Positions 1-12,854 of a stretch of DNA of 64,000 nt are shown piece by piece (the first letter of the stretch is position 1; each line of letters opens with the position of its first letter). The position numbers and the translations under genes are program-made. Below the pieces are notes generated by a model. The model did no database searches and had not been told where the DNA came from. It was given only the letters and a program-made list of their open reading frames with translations. The stretch is from Macrostomum hystrix (lineage: Eukaryota > Animalia > Platyhelminthes), in NCBI GenBank assembly GCA_950097015.1, contig CATNEN010000005.1:1550001-1614000 (forward strand), written 5' to 3'.

Positions 1-3000
1 AGCCTCTATATCTACTCAAAATCCTCCCTGTCTTCTCGAAGCCTCCATATCTAATCAAAATCCTCCCTGTCTTCTCGAAGCCTCTATATCTACTCAAAAT
101 CCTCCCTGTCTTCTCGAAGCCTCCATATCTAATCAAAATCCTCCCTGTCTTCTCGAAGCCTCTATATCTACTCAAAATCCTCCCTGTCTTCTCTAAGCCT
201 CTATATCTACTCAAAATCCTCCCTGTCTTCTCGAAGCCTCTATATCTACTCAAAATCCTCCCTGTCTTCTCGAAGCCTCTATATCTACTCAAAATCCTCC
301 CTGTCTTCTCGAAGCCTCCATATCTAATCAAAATCCTCCCTGTCTTCTCGAAGCCTCCATATCTAATCAAAATCCTCCCTGTCTTCTCGAAGCCTCTATA
401 TCTAATCAAAATCCTCCCTGTCTTCTCGAAGCCTCTATATCTACTCAAAATCCTCCCTGTCTTCTCGAAGCCTCTATATCTACTCAAAATCCTCCCTGTC
501 TTCTCGAAGCCTCCATATCTAATCAAAATCCTCCCTGTCTTCTCGAAGCCTCCATATCTACTCAAAATCCTCCCTGTCTTCTCGAAGCCTCTATATCTAA
601 TCAAAATCCTCCCTGTCTTCTCGAAGCCTCCATATCTAATCAAAATCCTCCCTGTCTTCTCGAAGCCTCTATATCTAATCAAAATCCTCCCTGTCTTCTC
701 GAAGCCTCTATATCTATTCAAAATCCTCCCTGTCTTCTCGAAGCCTCTATATCTACTCAAAATCCTCCCTGTCTTCTCGAAGCCTCCATATCTAATCAAA
801 ATCCTCCCTGTCTTCTCGAAGCCTCTATATCTACTCAAAATCCTCCCTGTCTTCTCGAAGCCTCCATATCTAATCAAAATCCTCCCTGTCTTCTCGAAGC
901 CTCTATATCTATTCAAAATCCTCCCTGTCTTCTCGAAGCCTCCATATCTACTCAAAATCCTCCCTGTCTTCTCGAAGCCTCTATATCTACTCAAAATCCT
1001 CCCTGTCTTCTCGAAGCCTCTATATCTACTCAAAATCCTCCCTGTCTTCTCGAAGCCTCCATATCTAATCAAAATCCTCCCTGTCTTCTCGAAGCCTCCA
1101 TATCTAATCAAAATCCTCCCTGTCTTCTCGAAGCCTCTATATCTACTCAAAATCCTCCCTGTCTTCTCGAAGCCTCCATATCTAATCAAAATCCTCCCTG
1201 TCTTCTCGAAGCCTCTATATCTACTCAAAATCCTCCCTGTCTTCTCGAAGCCTCCATATCTAATCAAAATCCTCCCTGTCTTCTCGAAGCCTCCATATCT
1301 AATCAAAATCCTCCCTGTCTTCTCGAAGCCTCTATATCTACTCAAAATCCTCCCTGTCTTCTCGAAGCCTCCATATCTAATCAAAATCCTCCCTGTCTTC
1401 TCGAAGCCTCTATATCTATTCAAAATCCTCCCTGTCTTCTCGAAGCCTCCATATCTACTCAAAATCCTCCCTGTCTTCTCGAAGCCTCTATATCTACTCA
1501 AAATCCTCCCTGTCTTCTCGAAGCCTCTATATCTACTCAAAATCCTCCCTGTCTTCTCGAAGCCTCCATATCTAATCAAAATCCTCCCTGTCTTCTCGAA
1601 GCCTCCATATCTAATCAAAATCCTCCCTGTCTTCTCGAAGCCTCTATATCTATTCAAAATCCTCCCTGTCTTCTCGAAGCCTCCATATCTACTCAAAATC
1701 CTCCCTGTCTTCTCGAAGCCTCTATATCTACTCAAAATCCTCCCTGTCTTCTCGAAGCCTCTATATCTACTCAAAATCCTCCCTGTCTTCTCGAAGCCTC
1801 CATATCTAATCAAAATCCTCCCTGTCTTCTCGAAGCCTCCATATCTAATCAAAATCCTCCCTGTCTTCTCGAAGCCTCTATATCTACTCAAAATCCTCCC
1901 TGTCTTCTCGAAGCCTCCATATCTAATCAAAATCCTCCCTGTCTTCTCGAAGCCTCTATATCTACTCAAAATCCTCCCTGTCTTCTCGAAGCCTCCATAT
2001 CTAATCAAAATCCTCCCTGTCTTCTCGAAGCCTCCATATCTAATCAAAATCCTCCCTGTCTTCTCGAAGCCTCTATATCTACTCAAAATCCTCCCTGTCT
2101 TCTCGAAGCCTCCATATCTAATCAAAATCCTCCCTGTCTTCTCGAAGCCTCTATATCTATTCAAAATCCTCCCTGTCTTCTCGAAGCCTCCATATCTACT
2201 CAAAATCCTCCCTGTCTTCTCGAAGCCTCTATATCTACTCAAAATCCTCCCTGTCTTCTCGAAGCCTCTATATCTACTCAAAATCCTCCCTGTCTTCTCG
2301 AAGCCTCCATATCTAATCAAAATCCTCCCTGTCTTCTCGAAGCCTCCATATCTAATCAAAATCCTCCCTGTCTTCTCGAAGCCTCTATATCTACTCAAAA
2401 TCCTCCCTGTCTTCTCGAAGCCTCCATATCTAATCAAAATCCTCCCTGTCTTCTCGAAGCCTCCATATCTAATCAAAATCCTTCCTGTCTTCTCGAAGCC
2501 TCTATATCTACTCAAAATCCTCCCTGTCTTCTCGAAGCCTCTATATCTAATCAAAATCCTCCCTGTCTTCTCGAAGCCTCTATATCTACTCAAAATCCTC
2601 CCTGTCTTCTCGAAGCCTCTATATCTACTCAAAATCCTCCCTGTCTTCTCGAAGCCTCCATATCTAATCAAAATCCTCCCTGTCTTCTCGAAGCCTCTAT
2701 ATCTACTCAAAATCCTCCCTGTCTTCTCGAAGCCTCCATATCTAATCAAAATCCTCCCTGTCTTCTCGAAGCCTCCATATCTAATCAAAATCCTCCCTGT
2801 CTTCTCGAAGCCTCTATATCTACTCAAAATCCTCCCTGTCTTCTCGAAGCCTCCATATCTAATCAAAATCCTCCCTGTCTTCTCGAAGCCTCTATATCTA
2901 TTCAAAATCCTCCCTGTCTTCTCGAAGCCTCTATATCTACTCAAAATCCTCCCTGTCTTCTCGAAGCCTCTATTTCTAATCAAAATCCTCCCTGTCTTCT

Positions 3001-3540
3001 CGAAGCCTCCATATCTAATCAAAATCCTCCCTGTCTTCTCGAAGCCTCTATATCTAATCAAAATCCTCCCTGTCTTCTCGAAGCCTCCATATCTAATCAA
3101 AATCCTCCCTGTCTTCTCGAAGCCTCCATATCTAATCAAAATCCTCCCTGTCTTCTCGAAGCCTCCATATCTAATCAAAATCCTCCCTGTCTTCTCGAAG
3201 CCTCTATATCTAATCAAAATCCTCCCTGTCTTCTCGAAGCCTCCATATCTAATCAAAATCCTCCCTGTCTACTCGAAGCCTCCATATCTAATCAAAATCC
3301 TCCCTGTCTTCTCGAAGCCTCTATATCTACTCAAAATCCTCCCTGTCTTCTCGAAGCCTCTATATCTACTCAAAATCCTCCCTGTCTTCTCGAAGCCTCC
3401 ATATCTAATCAAAATCCTCCCTGTCTTCTCGAAGCCTCTATATCTACTCAAAATCCTCCCTGTCTTCTCGAAGCCTCCATATCTAATCAAAATCCTCCCT
3501 GTCTTCTCGAAGCCTCCATATCTAATCAAAATCCTCAAAA
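1..3540. repeat. 39-bp tandem minisatellite in an ORC4 intron (runs off the window start)
   Basis: Unit AGCCTC(T/C)ATATCTA(C/A/T)TCAAAATCCTCCCTGTCTTCTCGA, about 90 copies. Confidence 0.98.
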
Positions 3541-3603
3541 TCTATTTAAAATCCTCCGTCTGCTCAAAATATCCCTATCTACTCAAAATCCTCCATATGT
3601 ACA

Positions 3604-3973
3604 TGTCAAGAAAACTGAGACAGACTGAATTGTCAAGCTGGCCTGCAGGTAGCTTATGGAGAGTAGCGAAGTCAAGTGAAGTGTGAGAGGGCGTTGTGCC
3701 CTGGACTATATATTTAAACATGGTTAAGTTGGACAGACTGGAGGAGGTTGGCGGTACGATAACAAGAGTGCGCGACTGAGGGTTGGAGAGGAGGCTAGAA
3801 TGTGAGCGTCGGACCAATCAGAAAGGAGGAAAGAAAGAAAGGATAGAGAATGAGAGATCAGCTGCAGAGATAACGAGAGAGAAAGAACTAGATTGAACTG
3901 GACGATGTAAACAAGAAAAGTGCAGAGAACGAAAGCGAATAGAGGACAGAAGGCAGAGACGAAAGTCGCGACA
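3604..3973. mobile_element. Solo LTR (370 bp) of an LTR retrotransposon
   Basis: Ends TGTC...GACA and is flanked by the identical 5-bp direct repeat GTACA (3599-3603 and 3974-3978). No internal coding region. Confidence 0.75.
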
Positions 3974-4126
3974 GTACATGTCTCCATGTCTTTACATAAT
4001 TTTCTGTTTACTCAAAATCTTACATTCTTCTAAAGAAATTTTCTGTCTACACAAAACTTCTTTGATATTGTTTGTCTACTGCATATATTTCATTTAATCT
4101 ACATATTTCTGATACAATCATTACAG

Positions 4127-7100
4127 TCAGAACTGGAGCCTGGAGCAGTACATCGCTGTGGCCAAATCTCTTCTGCATCTGCCTGTTAAAGCTCCAGCTG
4201 GTGCTACCGCCTCTGACAAGGCTGACTATCAACGGCGTGTAAAGGTGAGAAAATATTCTTTGGGTACTAAATTTCCCGGCAAATTTTGAAGGCATGGCCC
4301 TATCTCACAAGAGTAACAAATACGGTAGTTACGTTTGGGGTCTAACCTTGTTTTCCTTTGACCGCAAATCTCTATTTTTTGCGTATTTTTTGCAGTCTAA
4401 TTTGTCCATCGTTTTGCGGTCAAGAAAAGTGGTCAAAATACGGCTAAGGAGACTATGCGGTCCAAATCCGGTCAACATGTGGTCCAGATGTACTGTATAT
4501 CTCTGTCTCTCTGTGACTGGGCTCCATCTTTTCCCTGAAGGAAGAGGAATGAGGGATTCATGGAAAAAGAATAAAGTGGTTAATCAAATGAATAAATCAT
4601 GAAAAGCTAAATCATAAACCGTGATATAAAAGAACGGTACCGATAATAATAATAATAATAATAATAACAATAATTGCAGGAGGGCTGCGGGCAATGGCAC
4701 ATCATTTAGTGACACTAGACCCGCAGCCAGCGAGGAGGCAATTCTGCCCATTTCGCTGACTCCTGAGCACACACGCACACAGATACTGTACGCAGGCATA
4801 CGCTCACACAGGTGTGTACATCTGCCCTGACTTTCTCATCGTCAGGCAGTGTACACTCTCACTGTGCCTTGGAGGTTGGCCCTCAACGGCGTCAATTGCA
4901 CGACAAGCCCCCAAGCCTTCTCTCCGCGGCTGCGCCCCAAATAAATGTGGCCTCGCCGTGGAATCGAACTTAGGGACTGTGGTGCGAGAGGCAAACGCGT
5001 TAACCGCTCTGCCACTCACTCCCCTAACGGTACCGATATGCTTTCACTGTATTTGCTAGATGTAAAACAAAAACGAGAACTACAACAGTTGAGTGAAAGC
5101 AATTAAAACTAAAACTAATATTGGAAGATGTAAAAAAATTGGCTGTCAATGTTTACAGTTTATCATATCTCAGCCAAGGCTGCTGCATGGCTCCGATATC
5201 CTGTGAAATGTGAGTTCAATGAAGTTTGAATTTGAATAACTACGGTTCAGCGGCGAAAAGTGTCCGGAGGCCGCGATCAGTCAATCGGACGCACTTTTCT
5301 GCATTTGCGCAGCTGGCTGCCGTTACGACCGACGGCTGCAGACATTTGCGCGGCAAGTACATCCGAGCCGTACCGCCCACTGTCAACTCTCGCAGACTGG
5401 GCAGACCGGCAACAACAGCCAGCAGTTCTGTAATTAGTATTTTGTTCAGTACCAGCTTAAATACTGGGTGGATGAGTGGTAAAACAAGTAAGTATTACAA
5501 AGTTAGTGGGCAAGAAAGTATCACTATGCAACAACTAAGTAAGTACGCAAGTATTGAACACCCGCCAAATCGACCGCGACCAGGCCGCGCAAGCAAATCC
5601 CGCTATCCGACTGTAAAGCCGCGTCAATAATTCAAACGCCAGCCGTATCGATGAGAGCTGGCAAAGGAGGCTGCGGAACATTGGCTCGCAGGTAGAGGGG
5701 TCCGCCAGTGCTCCGACGTCGTCTATCTCGACGTGAGGCCTGGACACCCGTCCACAATAGCCCTCAGAGCCTCGGCTGTAAGCATTATCTCGGCAGTCCA
5801 GGAGGCGGAGTCTACGGAGTCGGGGACAGCCGCGGCCAGTGGGTTGGGTGCAGACTCGGTTTGATCAATCGCCGTTAGAAGGAGGTCACGGAGGTTGCGA
5901 CAGTCGCGCAGCATGAGCGGCTGCTGCTGCAGCGTGGCGTCCCTCGGTTGATCCAGGTGGCCAAACTCCACTTCCTCCACCGTAGCCGCCAGCCAAACCC
6001 TCAGACATGATAGTGCCGATGCGGATGGGTCCCCGGCCTTGTCAACTGTGGGATCAATATCAACTGGGGGATCATTGTCAACTGGGGGATCGTTGTCAAT
6101 TGGAGGTTCATTGTCAACTGGGGGATCGTTGTCAATTGGAGGTTCATTGTCAACTGGGGGATCATTGTCAACTGGGGGATCTTTGTCAACTGGGGGATCG
6201 TTGTCAATTGGAGGTTCATTGTCAACTGGGGGATCATTGTCAACTGGGGGATCATTATCAATGGGGAGTCATCATCAACTGGGGGATCCTTGTCAACTGG
6301 GGGTTCATTGTCAACTGGGGGATCTTTGTCAACTGGGGGATCAATATCAATGGGGAGTCATCATCAACTGGGGGATCCTTGTCAACTGGGGGATCTTTGT
6401 CAACTGGGGGATCTTTGTCAACTGGGGGATCAATATCAATGGGGAGTCATCATCAACTGGGGGATCCTTGTCAACTGGGGGTTCATTGTCAACTGGGGGA
6501 TCTTTGTCAACTGGGGGATCTTTGTCAACTGGGTGATCATCATCAATTAGGGGATGATTGTCAACTGGGGAATCATTGTTGACTGGGGGATTATTGTCAA
6601 CTGGGGATCATTATCAATGGGGAGTCATCATCAACTGGGGGATCCTTGTCAACTGGGGGATCTTTGTCAACTGGGGGGTCGTTGTCAATTGGAGGTTCAT
6701 TGTCAACTGGGGGATCATTGTCAACTGGGGGATCTTTGTCAACTGGGGGATCGTTGTCAATTGGAGGTTCATTGTCAACTGGGGGATCATTGTCAACTGG
6801 GGGATCTTTGTCAACTGGGGGATCGTTGTCAATTGGAGGTTCATTGTCAACTGGGGGATCATTGTCAACTGGGGGATCAATATCAATGGGGAGTCATCAT
6901 CAATTAGGGGATGATTGTCAACTGGGGAATCATTGTTGACTGGGGGATTATTGTCAACTGGGGATCATTATCAATGGGGAGTCATCATCAACTGGGGGAT
7001 CATTGTCAACTGGGGGTTCATTGTCAACTGGGGGTTCATTGTCAACTGGGGGTTCATTGTCAACTGGGGGATCTTTGTCAACTGGGGGATCTTTGTCAAC

Positions 7101-8882
7101 TGGGGGATCTTTGTCAACTGGGGGATCTTTGTCAACTGAATGATCATCATCAATTAGGGGATGATTGTCAACTGGGGAATCATTGTTGACTGGGGGATCA
7201 TTGTCAACTGGGGGATCATTGTAGCTTTAAAAAGCTGTAAATTCAGCTGCTAAAAAGTATATACTAGATGAATTAAAAATATTTCTGCTCCCTGAAGGGG
7301 GGCAAAACTTGCTAGTTCTCTAGCTATATATAGCCTACGTGCCCATGTACTTTCCTATAGTTCTCCTACGAAAAGTCTTATGTTCCAGCGAAAAAAGAAA
7401 AAGCAACTCTTAAAATATGTCGCTGTGCGCAAACGAACGCTTCTTCCGTAGTTACAGAATACAATTCATTTATTTATTTTCATACAGACAATAAGTCTCG
7501 CAATGTGCAGGTACAAACCAAAGTAGCGCGCGCAAGGATACATCTGTTGGAAAAGTGAACAAGTGAAAATGGTATCGGGGCCACATTTTGACCGCATCTG
7601 ACCGCAATTCGATCTTTTTAACCGCATTTCGAACGTAATTTGACCTCATCAATTTGACCGCAAAAAACGGTCGAGGTGAACCGTTTTTTGGTATGGTACG
7701 CAAAATCCGATCAACTCGAAAATCCCATTGAAGAATTCCAGACACCCTTAAATCCAATTGAAGGATTCCAAACACTCTAAAATCCCATTAAAGGTCTTCA
7801 AACACTCTAAAATCCTATTGAAGGATTCCAAACACTCTAAAATCCCATTAAAGGTCTTCAAACACTTTAAAATCCTATTGAAGGATTCCAAACACTCTAA
7901 AATCCCATTGAAGGATTCTAAACACCCTAAAATCCCATTAAAGGTCTTCAAACACTCTAAAATCCCATTGAAGGTCTTCAAACACTCTAAAATCCCATTG
8001 AAGGATTCTAAACACCCTAAAATCCCATTGAAGGTCTTCAAACACTCTAAAATCCCATTGAAGGTCTTCAAACACTCTAAAATCCCATTTCAGGATTCCA
8101 AACAATTTAAAATCCCATTGAAGGTCTTCAAACACTCTAAAATCACATTGAAGGATTCTAAACACCCTAAAATCCTATTGAAGGTCTTCAAACACTCTAA
8201 AATCCCATTGAAGGATTCCAAAAGATTTAAAATCCCATTTGAGGATTTTATTATTCTCTCTCATTTCTCACTTTTATTCTCCTCGCAGCTGTGGAATACG
8301 AACGTTGACACCCTGCTTCGCCACGACGACAGCTGTCGGGTTGTCCTGCTTCGTCATCTGCAGATGTTTGGCAGCCGACCGGGTCCTTTAATTAGCCTGC
8401 TATCCTTACCGATTGCATTTCTGCCTGAACTAGAAGAAGACAATGAAGTGGCAATATTAACTTCTGCCGCTTTGGAATCGGCCCAACAGAGCATGCTGGA
8501 CGAATTGTACATCGACCAATTGCGCGACTTGTCAATTATAGAACTGTGCCTATGCATTGCGGCTAATCACGTTGATTCTAGTCAACGACCAGTCAGCTTT
8601 GATAGTGTCTACGCCGAGTACGTCCGCTTCTGCAGGTCCAAGCATCAGTCTCTGCTGTACGAACGCGATCTAGTTAGGCGAGCCTTCGACGCCCTTCTAG
8701 AAGCGGGTCTGATGACACCCGCCGGCGGCGGTGGTAGCGGCGACATCGGCGGCATAGTAATGGGTCGTCGGGAACAATTTGTCTGCCTAGTGCCGGCCGA
8801 TATTTTGCAGTTAGCCGTTAATAAATATCCCAATTGTCCGGTGGATGTGAAACAATGGGCCGCTAAACGACTGCCCAGATGA
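4127..8882 (+). CDS. ORC4: Origin recognition complex subunit 4, last two exons (5' part outside the window)
   Basis: Exons 4127-4244 (QNWSLEQYIAVAKSLLHLP..., AG/GT bounded, ends phase 0) and 8289-8882. The C-terminus LRDLSIIELCLCIA...VYAEYVRF...KYPNCPVDVKQWA matches the recalled ORC4 end (LSVLEICLIIA...KYPNCPTDVRQWA). The first ~177 aa of the track ORF 7758-8882 are an intronic satellite. Confidence 0.9.
4646..5025 (-). mobile_element. tRNA-derived SINE, family A, full length
   Basis: On the - strand: A box TGGCAGAGCGG, B box GTTCGATTCC, (TTA)n tail. 13-bp TSD AACGGTACCGATA at 4633-4645 and 5026-5038. Homologous to 58491-58829. Confidence 0.92.
6040..7225. repeat. 18-bp minisatellite (GTCAACTGGGGGATCATT and variants)
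   Basis: Direct tandem periodicity; explains all repetitive ORFs at 6001-7189. Confidence 0.97.
7749..8248. repeat. 30-bp minisatellite at the 3' end of an ORC4 intron
   Basis: Unit AAGG(A/T)(T/C)T(C/T)CAAACACTCTAAAATCCCATTG; ends about 40 bp before the acceptor at 8288. Confidence 0.95.
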
Positions 8883-8946
8883 TTTTTTTCCAATTTTGTG
8901 AAAATTTTGCTTGCTACTTTGTGTAGTATGGCTTCGATTCTGTGTT

Positions 8947-9500
8947 ATCAGTCCATACACAATCCTTATCAGTCCATATCCAATCCTTATCAGTCTGTCA
9001 AATCCTATTCAGTCCTTATCCAATCCTTATCAGTCCATATCTAATCCACATCAGTCTATATCCAATTCTTATCAGTCCTTATCCAATCCTTATCAGTCCA
9101 TACACAATCCTTATCAGTCCATATCCAATCCTTATCAGTCTATGTCAAATCCTATTCAGTCCTTATCCAATCCTTATCAGTCCATATCTAATCCACATCA
9201 GTCTATATCCAATTCTTATCAGTCCTTATCCAATCCTTATCAGTCCATATCCAATCCTTACCCGTCTATATCCAATTATTATCAGTCCATATCAAATCCT
9301 TATCAGTCCTTATCCAATCCACATCAGTCCTTATCCATTCATTATCAGTCCATATCCAATCATTATCAGTCCATATCCATTCATTATCAGTCCATATCCA
9401 ATCATTATCAGTCCATATCCATTCATTATCAGTCCATATCTTCTTCTTACAGATTCCTTACCCAGTCCTTTATTAGTCCTAGTCCAGTTTATCTTCAGTC
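8947..9500. repeat. 21-bp minisatellite just downstream of the ORC4 stop
   Basis: Unit CAGTCCATATCCAATCCTTAT, with a block duplication inside the array. Confidence 0.93.
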
Positions 9501-10109
9501 CTCATTCATTCTGCATTCTCTAATCTCTACTCAATTTTAGTAATGTATAAAAAATACCATTTTGTATATTTTTATGTCTTAAATTTAAGCACTTTCGTTA
9601 ATAAACGCTTGCAAATGTTACAATTTAATGTAGGCCTAGCATTTCTACTATAAGTAGCATTTCAAAAACATTTACTGCTGTTTCAATTCGAATTCCTTGC
9701 CATTTGCATATTTTAATAAGCTGTGTCGGTTGCTTAGATATTAATTAAAACACAACTGACGCTCAGAATGACGATAAAGTCTAAGACTCGCAAGCAGTGT
9801 AGTGCAATTAGCCCCGAAACATACCTATTTGCTCGTTAGTAGTTAAAATGATGTTTATAATTTTTTACTGCCATAAAGTTAATACATTTACTAATGTATT
9901 TAATTATGCATACTTTACAAGTTTACAGTCAATTAGTTTGAAAATATATTGCAATGACTTGCTAACTTTTTTTGTAAAAAACTAATCCTAATACCAATTT
10001 TATTATAAATTTTAATCATGTTTGTTTATATTCGTCATCATTTCTTTCTGCACACTGATTTGGCTAATATGGTTAATAAAATTACTATATGTATGTTTAT
10101 ATTGATAAA

Positions 10110-12515
10110 AATACCCATTTTAGGATCATCGCATTGCAGGATCCCCATTTTTTCAAGGACCACCTTGACAGATCCCAATTTAGGATCAACACCTTCAGAG
10201 ATCCCCATTTTTTGACCAGCGCCTTCACAGATCCCCATTTTTGTATCATCACTGTCACAGATCCCAATTTTAGTATCATCACTGTCACAGATTCTCATTT
10301 TAGTATCATCACTGTCACAGATCCCAATTTTAGTATCATCACTGTCACAGATTCTCATTTTAGTATCATCCACCTTCACAGATCCCCATTTTAGTATCAT
10401 CACCTTCACAGATCCCCATTTTAGTATCATCCACCTTCACAGATCCCCATTTTAGTATCATCACCTTCACAGATCCCCATTTTAGTATCATCACCTTCAC
10501 AGATCCCCATTTTAGTATCATCCACCTTCACAGATCCCCATTTTAGTATCATCACCTTCACAGATCCCCATTTTAGTATCATCACTGTCACAGATCCCCA
10601 TTTTAGTATCATCACTGTCACAGATTCTCATTTTAGTATCATCACCTTCACAGATCCCCATTTTAGTATCATCACTGTCACAGATCCCCATTTTAGTATC
10701 ATCACTGTCACAGATTCTCATTTTAGTATCATCACTGTCACAGATCCCCATTTTAGTATCATCACTGTCACAGATCCCCATTTTAGTATCATCACTGTCA
10801 CAGATTCTCATTTTAGTATCATCACTGTCACAGATCCCCATTTTAGTATCATCACTGTCACAGATCCCCATTTTAGTATCATCACCTTCACAGATCCCCA
10901 TTTTAGTATCATCACTGTCACAGATCCCCATTTTAGTATCATCACTGTCACAGATCCCCATTTTAGTATCATCACTGTCACAGATCCCATTTTAGTATCA
11001 TCGCCTTCACAGATCCCATTTTAGTATCATCACTGTCACAGATTCTCATTTTAGTATCATCACTGTCACAGATCCCCATTTTAGTATCATCACTGTCACA
11101 GATCCCCATTTTAGTATCATCACCTTCACAGATCCCCATTTTAGTATCATCACTGTCACAGATCCCCATTTTAGTATCATCACTGTCACAGATCCCCATT
11201 TTAGTATCATCACTGTCACAGATCCCCATTTTAGTATCATCACTGTCACAGATTCTCATTTTAGTATCATCCACCTTCACAGATCCCCATTTTAGTATCA
11301 TCACCTTCACAGATCCCCATTTTAGTATCATCACTGTCACAGATCCCCATTTTAGTATCATCACCTTCACAGATCCCCATTTTAGTATCATCACTGTCAC
11401 AGATCCCCATTTTTAAGTATCATCACTGTCACAGATCCCATTTTAGTATCATCACCTTCACAGATCCCCATTTTAGTATCATCACCTTCACAGATCCCCA
11501 TTTTAGTATCATCGCCTTCACAGATCCCATTTTAGTATCATCACTGTCACAGATCCCCATTTTAGTATCATCACTGTCACAGATCCCCATTTTAGTATCA
11601 TCACCTTCACAGATCCCCATTTTAGTATCATCACTGTCACAGATCCCCATTTTAGTATCATCACTGTCACAGATCCCCATTTTAGTATCATCACAGATCC
11701 ATTTTAGTATCATCACTGTCACAGATCCCCATTTTAGTATCATCACAGATCCATTTTAGTATCATCACTGTCACAGATCCCCATTTTAGTATCATCACTG
11801 TCACAGATCCCATTTTAGTATCATCACTGTCACAGATCCCCATTTTAGTATCATCACTGTCACAGATCCCATTTTAGTATCATCACTGTCACAGATCCCC
11901 ATTTTAGTATCATCACTGTCACAGATTCCCATTTTAGTATCATCACAGATCCATTTTAGTATCATCACTGTCACAGATCCCCATTTTAGTATCATCACTG
12001 TCACAGATCCCATTTTAGTATCATCACTGTCACAGATCCCCATTTTAGTATCATCACTGTCACAGATCCCATTTTAGTATCATCACTGTCACAGATCCCA
12101 TTTTAGTATCATCACTGTCACAGATCCCCATTTTAGTATCATCACTGTCACAGATTCCCATTTTAGTATCATCACAGATCCCCAATTTAGTATCATCACA
12201 GATCCATTTTAGTATCATCACTGTCACAGATCCCCATTTTAGTATCATCACAGATCCATTTTAGTATCATCACTGTCACAGATCCCCATTTTAGTATCAT
12301 CACTGTCACAGATCCCCATTTTAGTATCATCACTGTCACAGATCCCCATTTTAGTATCATCACTGTCACAGATCCCCATTTTAGTATCATCACTGTCACA
12401 GATCCCCATTTTAGTATCATCACTGTCACAGATCCCCATTTTAGTATCATCACTGTCACAGATTCCCATTTTAGTATCATCACTGTCACAGATCCCATTT
12501 TAGTATCATCGCCCA
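10110..12515. repeat. 30-bp minisatellite
   Basis: Unit GATCCCCATTTTAGTATCATCACTGTCACA with 1-bp indel variants. Confidence 0.98.
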
Positions 12516-12854
12516 TACAGATCTCTATTTTATAGGTCTTTTGACACTGCACGTGTACTTTTAAATATTTGCTTTTTGCATTGCTCAGCCAAATGGATTC
12601 AGCTACGAAATTAAATAAATTCTCCGCATTTCCAAGCACAAAATCTAACACAGACTAGAGCCCTGATTCTTAAACAAACACCGTTGTGCTAGGAAACCGC
12701 AGTTTGTACAGTAATTTATTTCGATTTATTCATTGTCACGAGTCAACCCCGCTTTTGTGTTTCAACTTTTCTCAGTCCTTCATATCGCATGAAAAAAGTT
12801 TGCTTGATCCCATTTTTCTTTCATACTAAGCCAGTAATTAACGCTTTGTAACAC

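Noticed and set aside
1-3538. Long open frame on the - strand of the 39-bp array (RILxRYxGFEKTG repeats)
   Set aside because: Expected for a stop-free unit whose length is a multiple of 3. It is antisense within an ORC4 intron and has no unique flanking coding sequence.
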